Assembly (NCBI GenBank): GCA_021613535.1
Contig: CP075494.1
Coordinates: forward strand, 3,720,001-3,784,000
Source: Adineta vaga
Taxonomy: Eukaryota; Animalia; Rotifera
DNA: 64,000 nt
Direction of reading: 5' to 3'
This document shows, one piece after another, positions 10,977 through 25,002 of the stretch (position 1 is the first letter of the stretch; the number at the start of each line of letters is the position of its first letter). The notes below the pieces were generated by a model, which had not been told where the DNA came from, made no database searches, and worked only from the letters and a program-made list of their open reading frames with translations. The translations under genes were made by a program, and so were the position numbers.

Positions 10977-13900
10977 ATGATGATTGGGAATGATCAATTC
11001 TGGATTGAAATTCTTCGTGATTATAATGTCGATCAAATGCTTTCATTACCTTATGATCGAAAACACATTTCTGTGAAGAGTCGTTCTAATCAAGTATGGT
11101 CAACTACATTCAATTTCGATTTAAAATTATTACAAATATTTCGACAGTGTACAACAAAACTAAAAACAACACTTGAAAACTTAATTTTTACGATCTATTA
11201 CATTTTTCTATTTAAAATCACAAATGATGATACAGACTTCTGGATTGGACGAAATTTTACCGATAAATATGATCATAGAATTCCATTTTATCTACGTGTT
11301 GATCCTCATTTGACGTTTATTGAACTTCTCAATCGCGTAACTAAAATGTCAACACGCACCAAACAACATGCACATGTTCCACTACTGATCAAATCAACTT
11401 TGTTTCCTATAGTTTTTAATTTCCACACTGTCAATTGTGATACCATAGAACCAAGCATATTTGATCTTTGTTTAACAGCTATTTACAGCGAAGAATCGAA
11501 TAATTTGCAATGCCAGATCAATGGATCATCTGATATATTTGATCATATCACATTACAAAAATTATCACAACGATTTCATCTTCTCTGTCAACAATTATTC
11601 ATTTCTTCTTTTGATCTTCATACACAACCCATCTATCAACTATCTATCATCTTACCCGATGAACAACGACTGCTCCAACAGATCCATAATATAGATACAA
11701 CCATATCAAACGATACATCGATCACAATTCCTCAACTGTTTAGTCAACAAGCTATGAAATATCCTCACAAGATCGCTGTTACATTAGATCAAGCATCGCT
11801 CACCTATTCTGAATTATTCCATCGAGCGAAACAATTATCTTTCACTCTTATTGATAGTTACAATGTTCAATCAGGTGATATCATCTGTCAATGTATTGAG
11901 CGAAGTATCGAAATGATCATTGGCATTTTGGCAATCATGATGTCAGGTGGAATCTATGTTCCATTGAATCCATCTGATTCATCTCAACGATTAGATTCAC
12001 TCATTCAACAAATCAAACCAAAATTAATACTGACACATCATCGATCAGCTTCTTCGTCTCTTTCACACAAACCTGGCATTTCCTCAGTTAATATTAATGA
12101 GATTATCAATCGTAACAACGAATGCGAAGAACTGCCTCCTGTCTCAATAACAGGAGAATCCATCTCAAATATAATTTTCACATCAGGATCAACTGGTGTT
12201 CCAAAAGGTGTTCAGATTCGTCATCGAAATTTCGTTTCTTATATGAAAACACAATGCTTTGATGATAGAGATACTATTCTTCAATTGGCAAGTTGTTCAT
12301 TCGATGTTCATTTAGATGAGATTCTTTGTTCCCTTTGTCTTGGTGGAAATCTTGTTTTACTTCGAGAAAATGGTCATCTTGATTTTGATTATATAACAAA
12401 GGTCATAGTTGATCAACATGTCACATTTATAGCACCAGTTCCCTCATGGATTGATGCATTATGTCAATATCTTCGAGCAAATACAGAGGCAAATGAAAGA
12501 ATGAGATCGATTCGATGGTGGTTCATTGGTGGTGAACAATTACTAAGCTCAACAATTCAACAACTGTTACCATTTGTTGATTCAGAATGTCATCTATTGA
12601 ATTCATATGGACCTGCTGAAATAACTGAAGCAGCAACATGTTATGAAATATGTCGTGATGATCTTAATGAAATGATAACGATCCCAATCGGTCAACCATT
12701 GAAAGGTTATCATATCTATTTAGTGGATGAATATCGACAAGAAGTGATACCAAATCAACAAGGTGAAATTATGATTGGAGGTGTTGGTGTGTTTGGTGGA
12801 TATTATCAGCGAGAAGATTTAACAGAAGAAGTACTAGTTGAGATGAATGGAGAAATGTTATAAGACCGGTGATTATTCGAATCGATGCGAAAAGTGGTGA
12901 TTTAATGTTTGTTGGAAGAAAAGATTTTCAAGTGAAACTTCGAGGACAACGCATTGAACTTGGTCATATCGAACATACTATAATAAAGTTTTCAACATCC
13001 ATATCGAACTGTATCGTGATAAAATATGTTTATCATGAACAGGAGCATCTTGTTGCTTACGTTGAAACACCATCAAATACGATCAAAGAGGAAGATTTAC
13101 ACGAGAAATGTTTATCAAATTTATCATCATATATGATTCCATCACTGTTTATTATTTTAGAGAAGTTTCCACTTTCATCGAATGGTAAAATCGATCGTAA
13201 GTCTTTGCCTTCACCTGACTTTAATTCATTGAGTAAAACGATAAATGAAGATATTGAATCAATGACTCCGATGGAAGTACGTGTACACCGATTATGGTGT
13301 GAAGTTTTGGATATGAAACAAATTTCTACGAAAAGACCTTTCTTCTCTCTTCATGGTACATCGTTATTATTTATGAAACTTTACAGTTTATATCAAATAG
13401 AATTTGGTATTGCTCCTCATATTGTAACCTGTTTACAACAAGCAACTATCAGTGAACATGCTCAACTTTTGACATTAGCTATTAATTCAAGTACCGGTTT
13501 ACATTATCAATCCTGGACTTGTTTGCACGTTGATCATGGTAAAATAAATGAATATTGTATATTGATTGATATGCTATAACTCTGTCATTTTAGCGAAAGT
13601 TTCATTTGCACAATCACGAATATTTCTGGATGAACAAATACGATTTCAGTCCTGGAATGAAGAGATGATTGCAATTTATAATCTTCCTCTTCTATGTCGT
13701 TTGTCGAAATCTTCTCTCTCAATCGAAGATCTTCGACAAACTCTTCGACAAATCACTGCAAAACATGCTATTCTACGTACATGCGTACGGCTAGATCCTA
13801 AAACTGGACATTTGTCACAATATATTCAACCCAATGATATCCAAGATTGGTTTAGTTTTGAAATAAGTATCATCGATGACAATAATGAATTGAAAACAAT

Positions 13901-16900
13901 TTTTAATCATGAAGTAATCAATCGAAAGCTTTTTGATATTGCTTTTGGTCGAGTTTTTCGATGTCATATTGTGCGTCAACGTTCATCCGTTGTCAATGCT
14001 ACCGACTTATTGTCGACAGATGATTGGATTATTTTTAATTTTCATCATATCGCCTTTGATGGAGAATCAGAACGAATCTTTCTTGACGATTTTCAACAAT
14101 TGTACAATCACAAACATCAAAAACAAGATAACGATAAACTACTGCAATATATTGATTGTAAGTAATAACTATAATCTATCTTATAGACAGCATATCTTTA
14201 GTCAGAAAATGGATTTGAATTTGTAAATTCTCGAGTAAAATTAGTTAAAACTATATAACGTGAAGATCTATTGTTTTATAGATTCCATTCATGAGCAACA
14301 TATTGATATGACAGCAGCTAAAATGTATTGGCGTCGAATTTTTAAAGATTATGAATTTAAAAAAACAACGATCTTGCCAGTCAATCGAAATTTTTCTTCA
14401 AACAGTATTTCCACTGGTGAAGGACTAAGTATTGAGATATATCTGACTGATCATATCGTTGAACGACTTATTACATATGCTTCAAGTGCCAATACTACTC
14501 TTTATCAAGTCTGTCTGACAATCTATTATGTCTTTCTATACAAACTATCTGGTGGTCGACGTGATATTCTAATTGGTATTGTACAGGCGAATCGGTATCG
14601 TCCAGAACTTCGACATATTATTGGCATGTTTGTGAATACATTACCGTTACTTATTCACATTGATCCATACGATACATTCGAACAAGTACTTTCTAAAGTA
14701 AAAACGATGATCTTCGAATCCCAACCTCATTCTAATTTACCATATCAGTCTATTATTGAACAATTACCTACGAAACGACTTAATCAATGTAATATAATTC
14801 AAACGATGTTTACTTTGGATGAATATCAAACAACAAAATCAACGTCTCAATTGAATCGTACATCTATTATTGAGCCTTATTCTATACATTATTTAGATGA
14901 GAATCTTGCTCAGATTGGAATTCCAACAAATGCACCTGCTATGTTTGATATAGAATTGTCTATGGAATATCTGACCAAGACATATTCCTTACGAACAAAT
15001 CTGTCTGTTTCAAACGAGCTTTGCGATTCATCAACACTGATCAAAATGGCTCGACAATTTCAGTTAGTTGTTGAACAATTTTCTCCGTCGACATCAATTT
15101 GTGATTTATCAATAATATTACCCGAAGAAGTAATACAACATGAACCAAAAACGATAACTAATTCCTTGACAGGTAATTTCAATCAGGTATCATTTATTTA
15201 TCAAATTACAGATGGATTTCTTTCTCTTGATCGTCTTCGACATGCTGTTCAGCTTGTTACTCTCAAACATAATTTAGTTGAAGTAGATACAGTTGATGTC
15301 TTATGTAATCCTTTACATCCTAATAGTTCCAATGGATATCAACAGAAAAATAACAATACAAATCTTCTTGAAAAGAGTGATACTATAGTTTTCAAATTTC
15401 ATCAGAGTGTATTGGATATTTTACCAATGAAAGTATTTTATCAAGAACTTTCTAAAGCATATGAATATGAAACAGCATTGATTAATAGCAATACAGCTGG
15501 TTATCATTTTGGGATGAGATTATGTTTGATTATCAATGGAAACGTTTATTCGATTTGGCAAGTGAAAAACATATTGGTGATACACTTACTGTCAGCTCTA
15601 CGTTTAATAGTGACCTAACAAACGCAATTCTGACTTATGTTTCAACAACAAATAGCTCTTCAATGGACTTATTCCTCGCAATTTATTATATATTTCTGTT
15701 TAAACTTGTCTTCAATCAAACCGATTTATGTGTTGGAATGCCTATCGATAATTTACATAAACTTGATCTGTAAGTTTATTTCTCATCTCATCTATCCATA
15801 AACGATATCATTCTATTATATAGCCTACCACTTCGGCTTCAACTTTATCCATCCGAAAACTTTGAATGTTGTCTGCAACGAGTAACTAAACTTTGTCAGA
15901 AGAGTTTATACTATGCTCACCATATTCATCGAGACGTCAAATTCTCATCATCAACTTATCTCGACATAGTTTTCAATTTTAAGAACAATTCTGACGAGAA
16001 TGAAACTATAAACAAAATTCGATTTCCTACTGCACAATTACAACAAATTCGATATGTTTCTGACACCAACCAATTGTATCATCATAGTGACCCTATACCA
16101 TCGAACTTTGATCTCTGTCTAACAGCAATCCATGATAAAACAATGAATACTTTTCAATATCAATTCGAGGGATCATCTGATATATTTGATCATACCACAT
16201 TACAAAAATTATCACAACGATTTCATCTTCTCTGTCAACAATTATTCATTTCTTCTTTTGATCTTCATGCACAACCCATCTATCAACTATCTATCATCTT
16301 ACCCGATGAACAACGACTGCTCCAACAGATCCATAATATAGATACAACCATATCAAACGATACATCGATCACAATTCCTCAACTGTTTAGTCAACAAGCT
16401 ATGAAATATCCTCACAAGATCGCTGTTACATTAGATCAAGCATCGCTCACCTATTCTGAATTATTCCATCGAGTGAAACAATTATCTTTCACTCTTATTG
16501 ATAGTTACAATGTTCAATCAGGTGATATCATCTGTCAATGTATTGAGCGAAGTATCGAAATGATCATTGGCATTTTGGCAATCATGATGTCAGGTGGAAT
16601 CTATGTTCCATTGAATCCATCTGATTCATCTCAACGATTAGATTCACTCATTCAACAAATCAAACCAAAATTGATACTGACACATCATCGATCATCTTCT
16701 TCATCTCTTTCAAACAAATCTGACATTTCCTCAGTTAGCATTGATGAGATTATCAATCGTAACAACGAATGCGAAGAATTACCTTCTGTCTCAATAACAG
16801 GAGAATCCATCTCAAATATAATTTTCACATCAGGATCAACTGGTATCCCAAAAGGTGTTCAGATTCGTCATCGAAATTTTATTTCTTTTATTAAAACACA

Positions 16901-19900
16901 TTCTTACGATGATAGAGATACTATTCTTCAATTGGCAAGTTGTTCGTTTGATGTTCATTTAGATGAGATTCTTTGTTCATTATGTCTTGGTGGAAATCTT
17001 GTTTTACTTCGAGAAAATGGTCATCTTGATCTTGATTATCTGACAAAGGTCGTGGCTGATCATCATGTCACATTCATAACACCTGTTCCATCAATGATTG
17101 ATGCATTATGTCAATATCTTCGAGCAAATACACAGGCAAATGAAAGAATGAGATCGATTCGATGGTGGTTCATTGGTGGTGAACAATTATTTAGCCCAAC
17201 AGTACAACAATTGCTACCATTTATTGGTCCAGAATGCCATCTATTGAATTCATATGGACCAGCTGAAGTAACAGAGGCATCAACAATCTATGAAATATGT
17301 CGTGATGATCTTAATGAAATGATAACGATCCCAATCGGTCAACCATTGAAAGGTTATCATATCTATTTAGTGGATGAATATCGACAGGAAGTGATACCAA
17401 ATCAACAAGGTGAAATTGTGATCGGAGGTGTTGGCGTGTTTGGTGGATATTATCAGCGAGAAGATTTAACAGAAGAAGTATTGGTTGAGATGAATGGAGA
17501 GACATGTTATAAGACCGGAGATTATGGTCGAATCGATGCGAAAAGTGGTGAATTAATGTTTGTTGGAAGAAAAGATTTTCAAGTGAAACTTCGTGGACAA
17601 CGTATTGAATTATCAATGATAGAATCGGTGATTCTTCAATCATCATCGGAAATCTTGAATTGTATTGTGATTAAAGAAGATTCCTCAAATGACAGTTATT
17701 TATGTGCTTACGTGAAAACAAGAGAAAATGCAGATACAAAGCGCATTGGCGATGAATTAATGAGAATGTGTCATAATCAGTTACCTTCGTATATGATTCC
17801 TTCGAAATGGATGTGCATTACTGAGTTTCCATTGAATTCAAATGGTAAAGTTGATCGACAAAAACTATCAAATCTTTCACAAATTGTAAATTTACCATCT
17901 GTATATCAGCCAATAGTTGCACCATTATCGTGTTTAGAAAAAAAATTAGAAGATATTTTTGTACGTGCTTTTACTTTGAAGACATCACCAGATATATTAA
18001 AATCATTTGGACAATTAGGTGGAACATCGTTGGGTGCAATGCATGCATTGATCTTAATTCGACAAGAAATATATGAACAAATAGATATTAGTCTTCTCTT
18101 TGCTAATCCTTCAATACGACAATTAGCTTCAGTATTAGAACCTCTTTTAGCGAATGTAAAATCGATTGAAGTAGAAAACGAAGATGAGAAAAACTTTTCT
18201 ATTCGACCTAATTCATCATGGCTCATTGAAACACTTGGAATTATTCTACTCGCATGGCAATGGTTATGGCCATTCTATTTCACAAGTCAATCAAATATTT
18301 ATATGTTTCGCTTATTGTTCATTCCATTAATACATTTATTCCAATATCTATTATTTGTTAAACTTCTTGATGCATCATCTTTACATGGTAGTGATAGTTT
18401 ATATTCCTGGCGTTATTATCGTTTATGGTTTTTACGACGTCAATGGTCTTTAAATACATATTGGTTAGGATATCTGTTTGGTACACGATTTTATAATAGT
18501 TATCTTCGTTTCTGTGGCGCTCGTATTAGTAAAACAGCGTGTATTTATACAAGTCAGATTGATGCACCTTGGTTGATTGAAATAGGAGATTGTAGTTATA
18601 TTGGTGAAGAAGTTGTTCTTTCGTCGATGAGTTATCATGATTGCATTTATGAATTACATCAAATTCGTATCGGATCTCATTGTTCAATCGAAACAAGAAG
18701 CGTTTTACATGACAGAGTTGATATGCATGATGGAATATTTATAGCACCATTAACATCTGTTACGGGTCAAATTCTTGGAAATGATGGTGGTGATATTCAC
18801 CTTTCAAGTGAAACTGCTATTCTCAAGCATTCGATATTTCAATTATTGATGATTCTATTAATGATTTCTATACATGCATTGATTTTCGAAATAAGTTGGT
18901 ATGCAATATCTTGTATATCTATTTGTTGGTTTATTTGGTCAATCGTTGGTGCCATTATGAGTTTATTCTTTCTTCGATTTGTGGTTGGTCATGTGGAAGA
19001 AAAGTTTTCTCATCCATTAAGCTCCTGGTCATTTCTTCGTCGGTTTTGGTTACGTCATTTAGTTCTTCATTCATTTCATCCATGTTTATCGACTAGTTTT
19101 GATGGATTCAATTCGTTTACTCCATTCATTCTTCGTTGGTTAGGTGCAACAATTGAAAATAATCATATTGAAATCGCAGATTTCGTTCCACTTCTTTCCA
19201 TTCCATCCAATCTATTAACAATCAAATCGGATGTAACAACAACATCAGAGATTTGTTTTGTTCCATATGATACAACAATCGATGGTCTATGTATTGTTAC
19301 TGGTCCAATTGAAATAAATCGTCGAGTATTTCTTGGAAATAATTGTCTTCTACAATCAGGTGTTTCGATCCCTGAAGATGTTCTGATTGGTTCTTTAACA
19401 CGAATTGATTCAACAACAATGATTCTTCCAGGTGATATCCTTCTTGGTGTTCCTGCTCAATCGATGCCATTTATTTTGTCGGATGTTGATGAAACACGAA
19501 AGATTTCTAATGATTTTCCGCGAATAGTAATTGAATGTATTCATTTTATTTTACTTGATCTATGTCTTTCATTTACTGTAATGAACACGACTAGTTTTAA
19601 TCAATTTTTATTAATGGTACTAATCTGTTGGTTGATTTATTCATTTCTTCTTTATATTATCTATATGTATTACATGAATAATAACACTTCGGAATCCAAT
19701 TGGAAAATAACATTAGCAATGATATTCTATTCTCAATATACGAAATACATAGGTCGTTTTCTCGGTAGTACACAATGGCTTATCTTTATTCTTCGTCAAT
19801 TTGGTGCACAGATTGGTAATGATGTGATTATTGATGAGATGAATTCCTTATATGATGTTCATCTAATTACTATTGATGATCATGCACGCTTATCATCGAC

Positions 19901-21008
19901 ATGTCAGATACAGGTAAAGATTATTTCTTTTATTTACATTTGATCTAACTTTCTTCTTGAAATATAGTGTCATACATTTGAACATCGTCAATTAAAACTT
20001 CGTCCAGTTAAAATTGGTTCCCATTGTATTTTAAAAGATATGTCATTTGTTTTACCAGGTGTCGAATTTCTTGGTTATAATTATTTACATCCTTGTTCAC
20101 TTGCTTTACCTCATGATCAATTTAAATTACATACAGATTGGTCTGGATCACCAACAAAACGTTTGATTGTTCATTATGGAATTCAACCACCAAGATTCAT
20201 TCTTGCTAACCGACAATCATCCATAGATAACTATGTTGTTGTTGTTGCACGAACTGATGATGATATACTTATTCTTTATTTTGGAGAGAACGGATGGACA
20301 AGTTGGCAATCCGGTCTGAATTTACGACAACCCTGTCGACCAAGTTATATTTATATAAGATTATTTTTTACATCATTCTTATGCAATTCAAAACCGAAAC
20401 GTATTCTTATCGTTGGTCTTGGTGGTGGAATATGGCCTATGCTTATTCGACATTATTTTCCGACAGTTATTATTGATGTGGTTGAAATTGATCAAACAGT
20501 AATTGATTTAGCAAACGAGTTCTTTGGAATTGAAGAAGAACAAACAAAGAATAATTACTTGAATTTGATTACAGATGATGGATATCATTATGTTAAGAAA
20601 ACAGCTCATCGATATGATATGATTTTTATTGACGCATTTTTAGAAGATACAATTCCTGCTCAGATTAATAGTCAACAATTTGTTCTCAATTTACATCGAA
20701 TTTTAAATAATAATGGTTGTTTAATTACAAATGTCAATGTTCCATCAACTATTGACTTTGATCGAATTGTTCAAAGACTTACATCCGTATTTGAATCAAA
20801 CATATTATTAGCTCATACAAATACGATTGAAAATGCACGTGTGATCATTTCAGGAAATCAATCGTCTTTAACATCAATATCTTCACGAACAGAAACCATT
20901 CAACAAGCCGAACGATTCGAAATAGAAACACATTTAGAGTTTAGTTTTTCACATTTAATTTCTCTTGCATATCATGGTTTAATCAATAAGAAAATAATAG
21001 AAACTTGA
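10977..21008 (+). CDS. Multi-exon NRPS: partial C - A1 - T1 - C - degenerate C - A2 - T2 - Pls-type membrane terminal domain - SAM-binding (spermidine synthase-like) domain; frameshifts near 12853-12878 and 15500
   Basis: A motifs FTSGSTG.PKG, NSYGPAE, YKTGD, QVKLRGQRIEL and NGK.DR. T motifs LHGTSL and LGGTSL. C motif HHIAFDG. Introns 13539-13593, 14158-14281, 15770-15823 and 19914-19967 each restore the frame. SAM motif ILIVGLGGG...VVEID...DMIFIDAF. Confidence 0.9.
11523..12960 (+). repeat. Internal duplication of the NRPS A-domain region (second copy about 16170-17610)
   Basis: Long near-identical DNA at an offset of about 4647 nt. Confidence 0.9.
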
Positions 21009-21751
21009 AATAAAGTAAAACTCGTAAACTTCTATTCAGATCTACATGTATTTATATCATCATAACATCGATCGCGTATGACTATAGAGAACGAACATAA
21101 ACATCAGTTTGACTCTACTAATATTAATATCTTAACATTTGAAAATAATTGAAGTTTCTGATAGGATATGGAAGGTTGAATCTCTTTCTTTCATTATCTG
21201 ATGAAACAAGTAAGGATATGTAAGTCTATGTTTTACTCTCCAAAAACATATATTTTTGAACATTGCTCATCATCGGCAACTCATAAAGAAAATTAACTTC
21301 TCAAGGTTAAATTCTTATAAGTGATTCAATCAGACGAAATATCATTGGATGCGAGTATGAGTAGAACAGGCTAGTTTCATCTACACTCACGTTCTGTTTT
21401 AATGTGTAAGATGGACAGATTTGTAAACAATCGTCATACAGGGAGAATGGAGGAAAAACATGCAAAATGGTTATTTTTCTTACTTTTGTCTTTCATATAT
21501 ATATACCTAACCACGTTTTCTTTTCCTGTGATGATGAAAACGACCTTGTAGTACGAAACGTGAATGAATAATACAAAAGATGTTTCTTTCAAAAATTGCG
21601 ATTGATTGTAGTTACATATTCATTGAGCTCAAAGTATGCTACTTTTCTGGAGTTATTGTAGTAATTGAAACTCCATATGTTTTTATTTATTGCTTTTTCT
21701 TTATCAATCATAAAATGAATTATTCTATTGAATATAAATTACATTGTAGAA

Positions 21752-23531
21752 ATGAACGGAACACGTGTATCTGGTATACTATTACATATCACAAGTCTAC
21801 CGAGTCCATATGGTATTGGTGATGTTGGCCCAGAAGCATATAAGTTTGTAGATTTTTTGCATGAAACTAAACAAGATATATGGCAGATATTACCTTTAAC
21901 ACCTACTGAACAATGTTCACCATATTCTAGTGTATCAGCATTTGCAGGTAATCAATTATTAATTAGTCCTGATAAATTATATGATATGAAATTATTGACA
22001 AAAGAAGATTTAATTATACCATCTAAATTCGAATTCAATGATCAATATGTAAAATTTAAACAAGTGACAGAATATAAATATGAAATTTTGAAAAAAGCAT
22101 TTGCAAATTTTAAACAACAGGAAAAACATGCTGATAATTTATTAAAAGAATTTCGTCAATCGGAACATTATTGGCTTGATGACTATTCATTATATATGAC
22201 AATTAAAGAACAACAAAATAAGAAATCATGGTCAGAATGGAAACATGAATTAAAATATCGTCAAAAGGAAATGTTAGAAGAAATAAATGAAACACAACAG
22301 AATTTAATTGAATATTATATTTTTATTCAATATATATTTCATCAACAATGGACACAATTAAAAACATACGCCAATAATTTGAATGTTAAATTTATTGGTG
22401 ATATGCCTATTTATGTTGACTATAATTCTGCTGATGTATGGGCAAATACACAAATATTTCAATTAGATAATGAAACATTACTTCCAACAGTCGTTTCAGG
22501 TAATTAATTAGCAAAGTTTCATTAAGATTATATCATACTTTATTTCTAGGATTTCCACCGGATGATTGTAGTACAGAGGGTCAAAATTGGAATATGCCAA
22601 TTTATAATTGGAACGATAATTCAAAAAAGTCCGACGTCTTTCGTTGGTGGATAAAACGATTAGAAAAAACATTGAAAATGGTTGATATTGTACGTATGGA
22701 TCATTTTCGTGGTCTGGAATCATATTGGTCAATTCCTGTCGATGAAAATCATATTCCTTTAAAACCAAAAGATGGTGAATGGGTAAAAGGCCCGTATGTA
22801 TAGTAGAAATCATAGAAATATTATTTGAATACTTTGTTGATTATGTTTAGAGGAACTGAATTTTTCAATACGATTTTCGATACATTAGGAAAAGATTTAC
22901 CTCTTATCGTTGAAGATCTTGGTAATATAACAAAGGAAATCACTGAATTACGTAATCAGTTCAATCTGACTGGTATACGAATATTACAATTTGCATTTAC
23001 TTTTCAACCAGATAATTTACATTTACCACATAATTATATCAAAACTGCGTTGCGTATACAGGCACACATGATACTCTAACAGTAGTTGGATGGTGGACTC
23101 ACCATGCATCGGATGATGAAAAGACGAATTTTTTGGACTATATCAACATACCGATAATGCATGATGACGATGATCATGAGAAAATAAATAATCAAGATAT
23201 TGTGATTTCATATTTGGATAAACATATTAATTGGTATTTTATACAAATGATATTAGGAACAGTTGCTAATACTGCTGTTATTTATTTTCAAGATATTCTT
23301 GGTTTAGATAATGATTCAAGAATGAATGATCCATCTCTGGGTAAGTTTGAAAAAAATCATGTTCAAATCATTATTTTCTCATATTTTCTTTTAGCATCAA
23401 ATCCAGATTATGATGGTCCACAGAATTGGACATGGCGATTTACTTGGCCGATGTTGGAAGATAATTTTCGAAAGAAACTAAGGTTCTTTACAAATATATA
23501 CAATCGAGATGGTTTAAACAAAAAATTATAG
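21752..23531 (+). CDS. malQ: 4-alpha-glucanotransferase (GH77 amylomaltase), 4 coding exons, 1-nt frameshift at about 23041
   Basis: GILLHITSLPSPYGIGD, WQILPL, GDMPIYV, RMDHFRG, VEDLG and YTGTHD. Introns 22500-22549, 22794-22850 and 23341-23394. Confidence 0.92.
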
Positions 23532-23653
23532 ACTGTTTTCGCTTATAATCCAGCAAATTTTATTTACTCTCTTTCTTCTGTATTTCAATACATTATCATT
23601 TTTTTGAATTGACCACACGTTTTTGAGTGTGAGCAAAGGCAAACTCTAGGAGC

Positions 23654-24734
23654 TTACAAATAAACTGGCTGTCCACTTCGCACAGATTCATCACAAGCAA
23701 AAGCGATGTGTAAGCTGTTAACGGCATCTTGCAGGTGATCTGTCAAATTGAGATCATCTTGAATAGCCTTCAGAAAATACTGTTGTTCCCGTATACATAA
23801 TTCTTGATGATCTGGCTCGTCCTGCATATCAATCCAAGTATCATCTTGCGCGAATTGATTGGCATCATTCAGTGAAGCATGATGTACTCGTAAAGATTCA
23901 GCATTAGTATGCATATCCACCTTATCAGATTTACCATCGGCACCAGCGGTCCTGGCGACAATCGATACACAACCTTTTGGTCCAATTACGTCTTTCACAA
24001 AGAAAGCGGTTTGGCTCATCATCGGACCCCAACCAGCTTCATACCAGCCTATAGAACCATCTGCGAATCGAATCTGCAATTGACCATAGTTATAGTTATT
24101 CTCCGGTATCTCATCAGTTAACCGTGCTCCAATGGCATTGACCTGAATAGGCTTTGAACGAGTCATCTGACACATTATGTCTATGTAATGTACTCCACAA
24201 TCAACAATTGGACTAAGACTTTTCATTAAATTCTTATGAACAATCCACATATTGTCATGGCTTTGTTGATTCAAATTCATTCGCATTACTTGGTTTACCT
24301 AATCCTTGAGCTAATTCTACAAATTTTGTCCAGGAAGGATGATGGCGTAAGATATAGCCAACAACTACTTTTTTCCTAGCCATTTCTGCCGCTTTTACTA
24401 TTCGTTTGGCACCTTCCACTGTGTCAGCAAGAGGTTTCTCAATAAATACATGGCAACCATGTTCAAGTGCCATGACAGCAAATGCTTCATGAGTATCAGG
24501 ATAAGTTGAAATACAAACGGCATCTGGTTTTGTGCTGATCAACGCAATCTTAATATCATCGAATAGAGCATAACTACCACCTAATTGTTCATTAAGGACG
24601 TCTTTACTTTTTCCAGTGGAGACCAGGCCACAAATTTCGAATCCAGACAACAGCGAATAAGCTTTGGCATGAGCTGCACCCATGTTTCCACATCCAACAA
24701 CAAGAATACGCACTGTATTAGATGTATTTGACAT
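23654..24734 (-). CDS. Gfo/Idh/MocA NAD-dependent oxidoreductase, resembling D-apiose dehydrogenase; frameshift at about 24289
   Basis: VVGCGNMG Rossmann motif, EKP, MRMNLNQQS and DCGVHYID; intronless. The ApsD-like call is from my recollection of the family. Confidence 0.85.
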
Positions 24735-25002
24735 AATTAAATCTATTCTTCCACAGGACACAATTTAGGGTTTAAATTTGTTATGTAAATTGAAATGTAT
24801 GAAAAAAAGAGTTTATCAGCTACCTGTAAAACTATGTGAAAGAAGAAAGAGAATACTAAATTTATCATAAGTATTGAAACATAGTCACTGTATTTGATAT
24901 ATTCAGATTAAACAAAAGATAAGAAAATTACTTTTCTTTCACATTTTGTTACATCTCTATGCAAAAGTACAGTAAAAATTAAACGATAATTTAAATTGTA
25001 AA

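Noticed and set aside
12845-12885. Programmed ribosomal frameshifting in the NRPS
   Set aside because: No slippery heptamer; the sister copy shows two simple deletions, and similar breaks occur across the window
17311-18226. Antisense ORFs inside the NRPS and other short overlapping ORFs in the track
   Set aside because: Shadow frames of real genes with no motifs
20040-21008. Stand-alone spermidine synthase gene
   Set aside because: Its N-terminus is the end of the third Pls-type repeat and is joined in frame to the NRPS by intron 19914-19967
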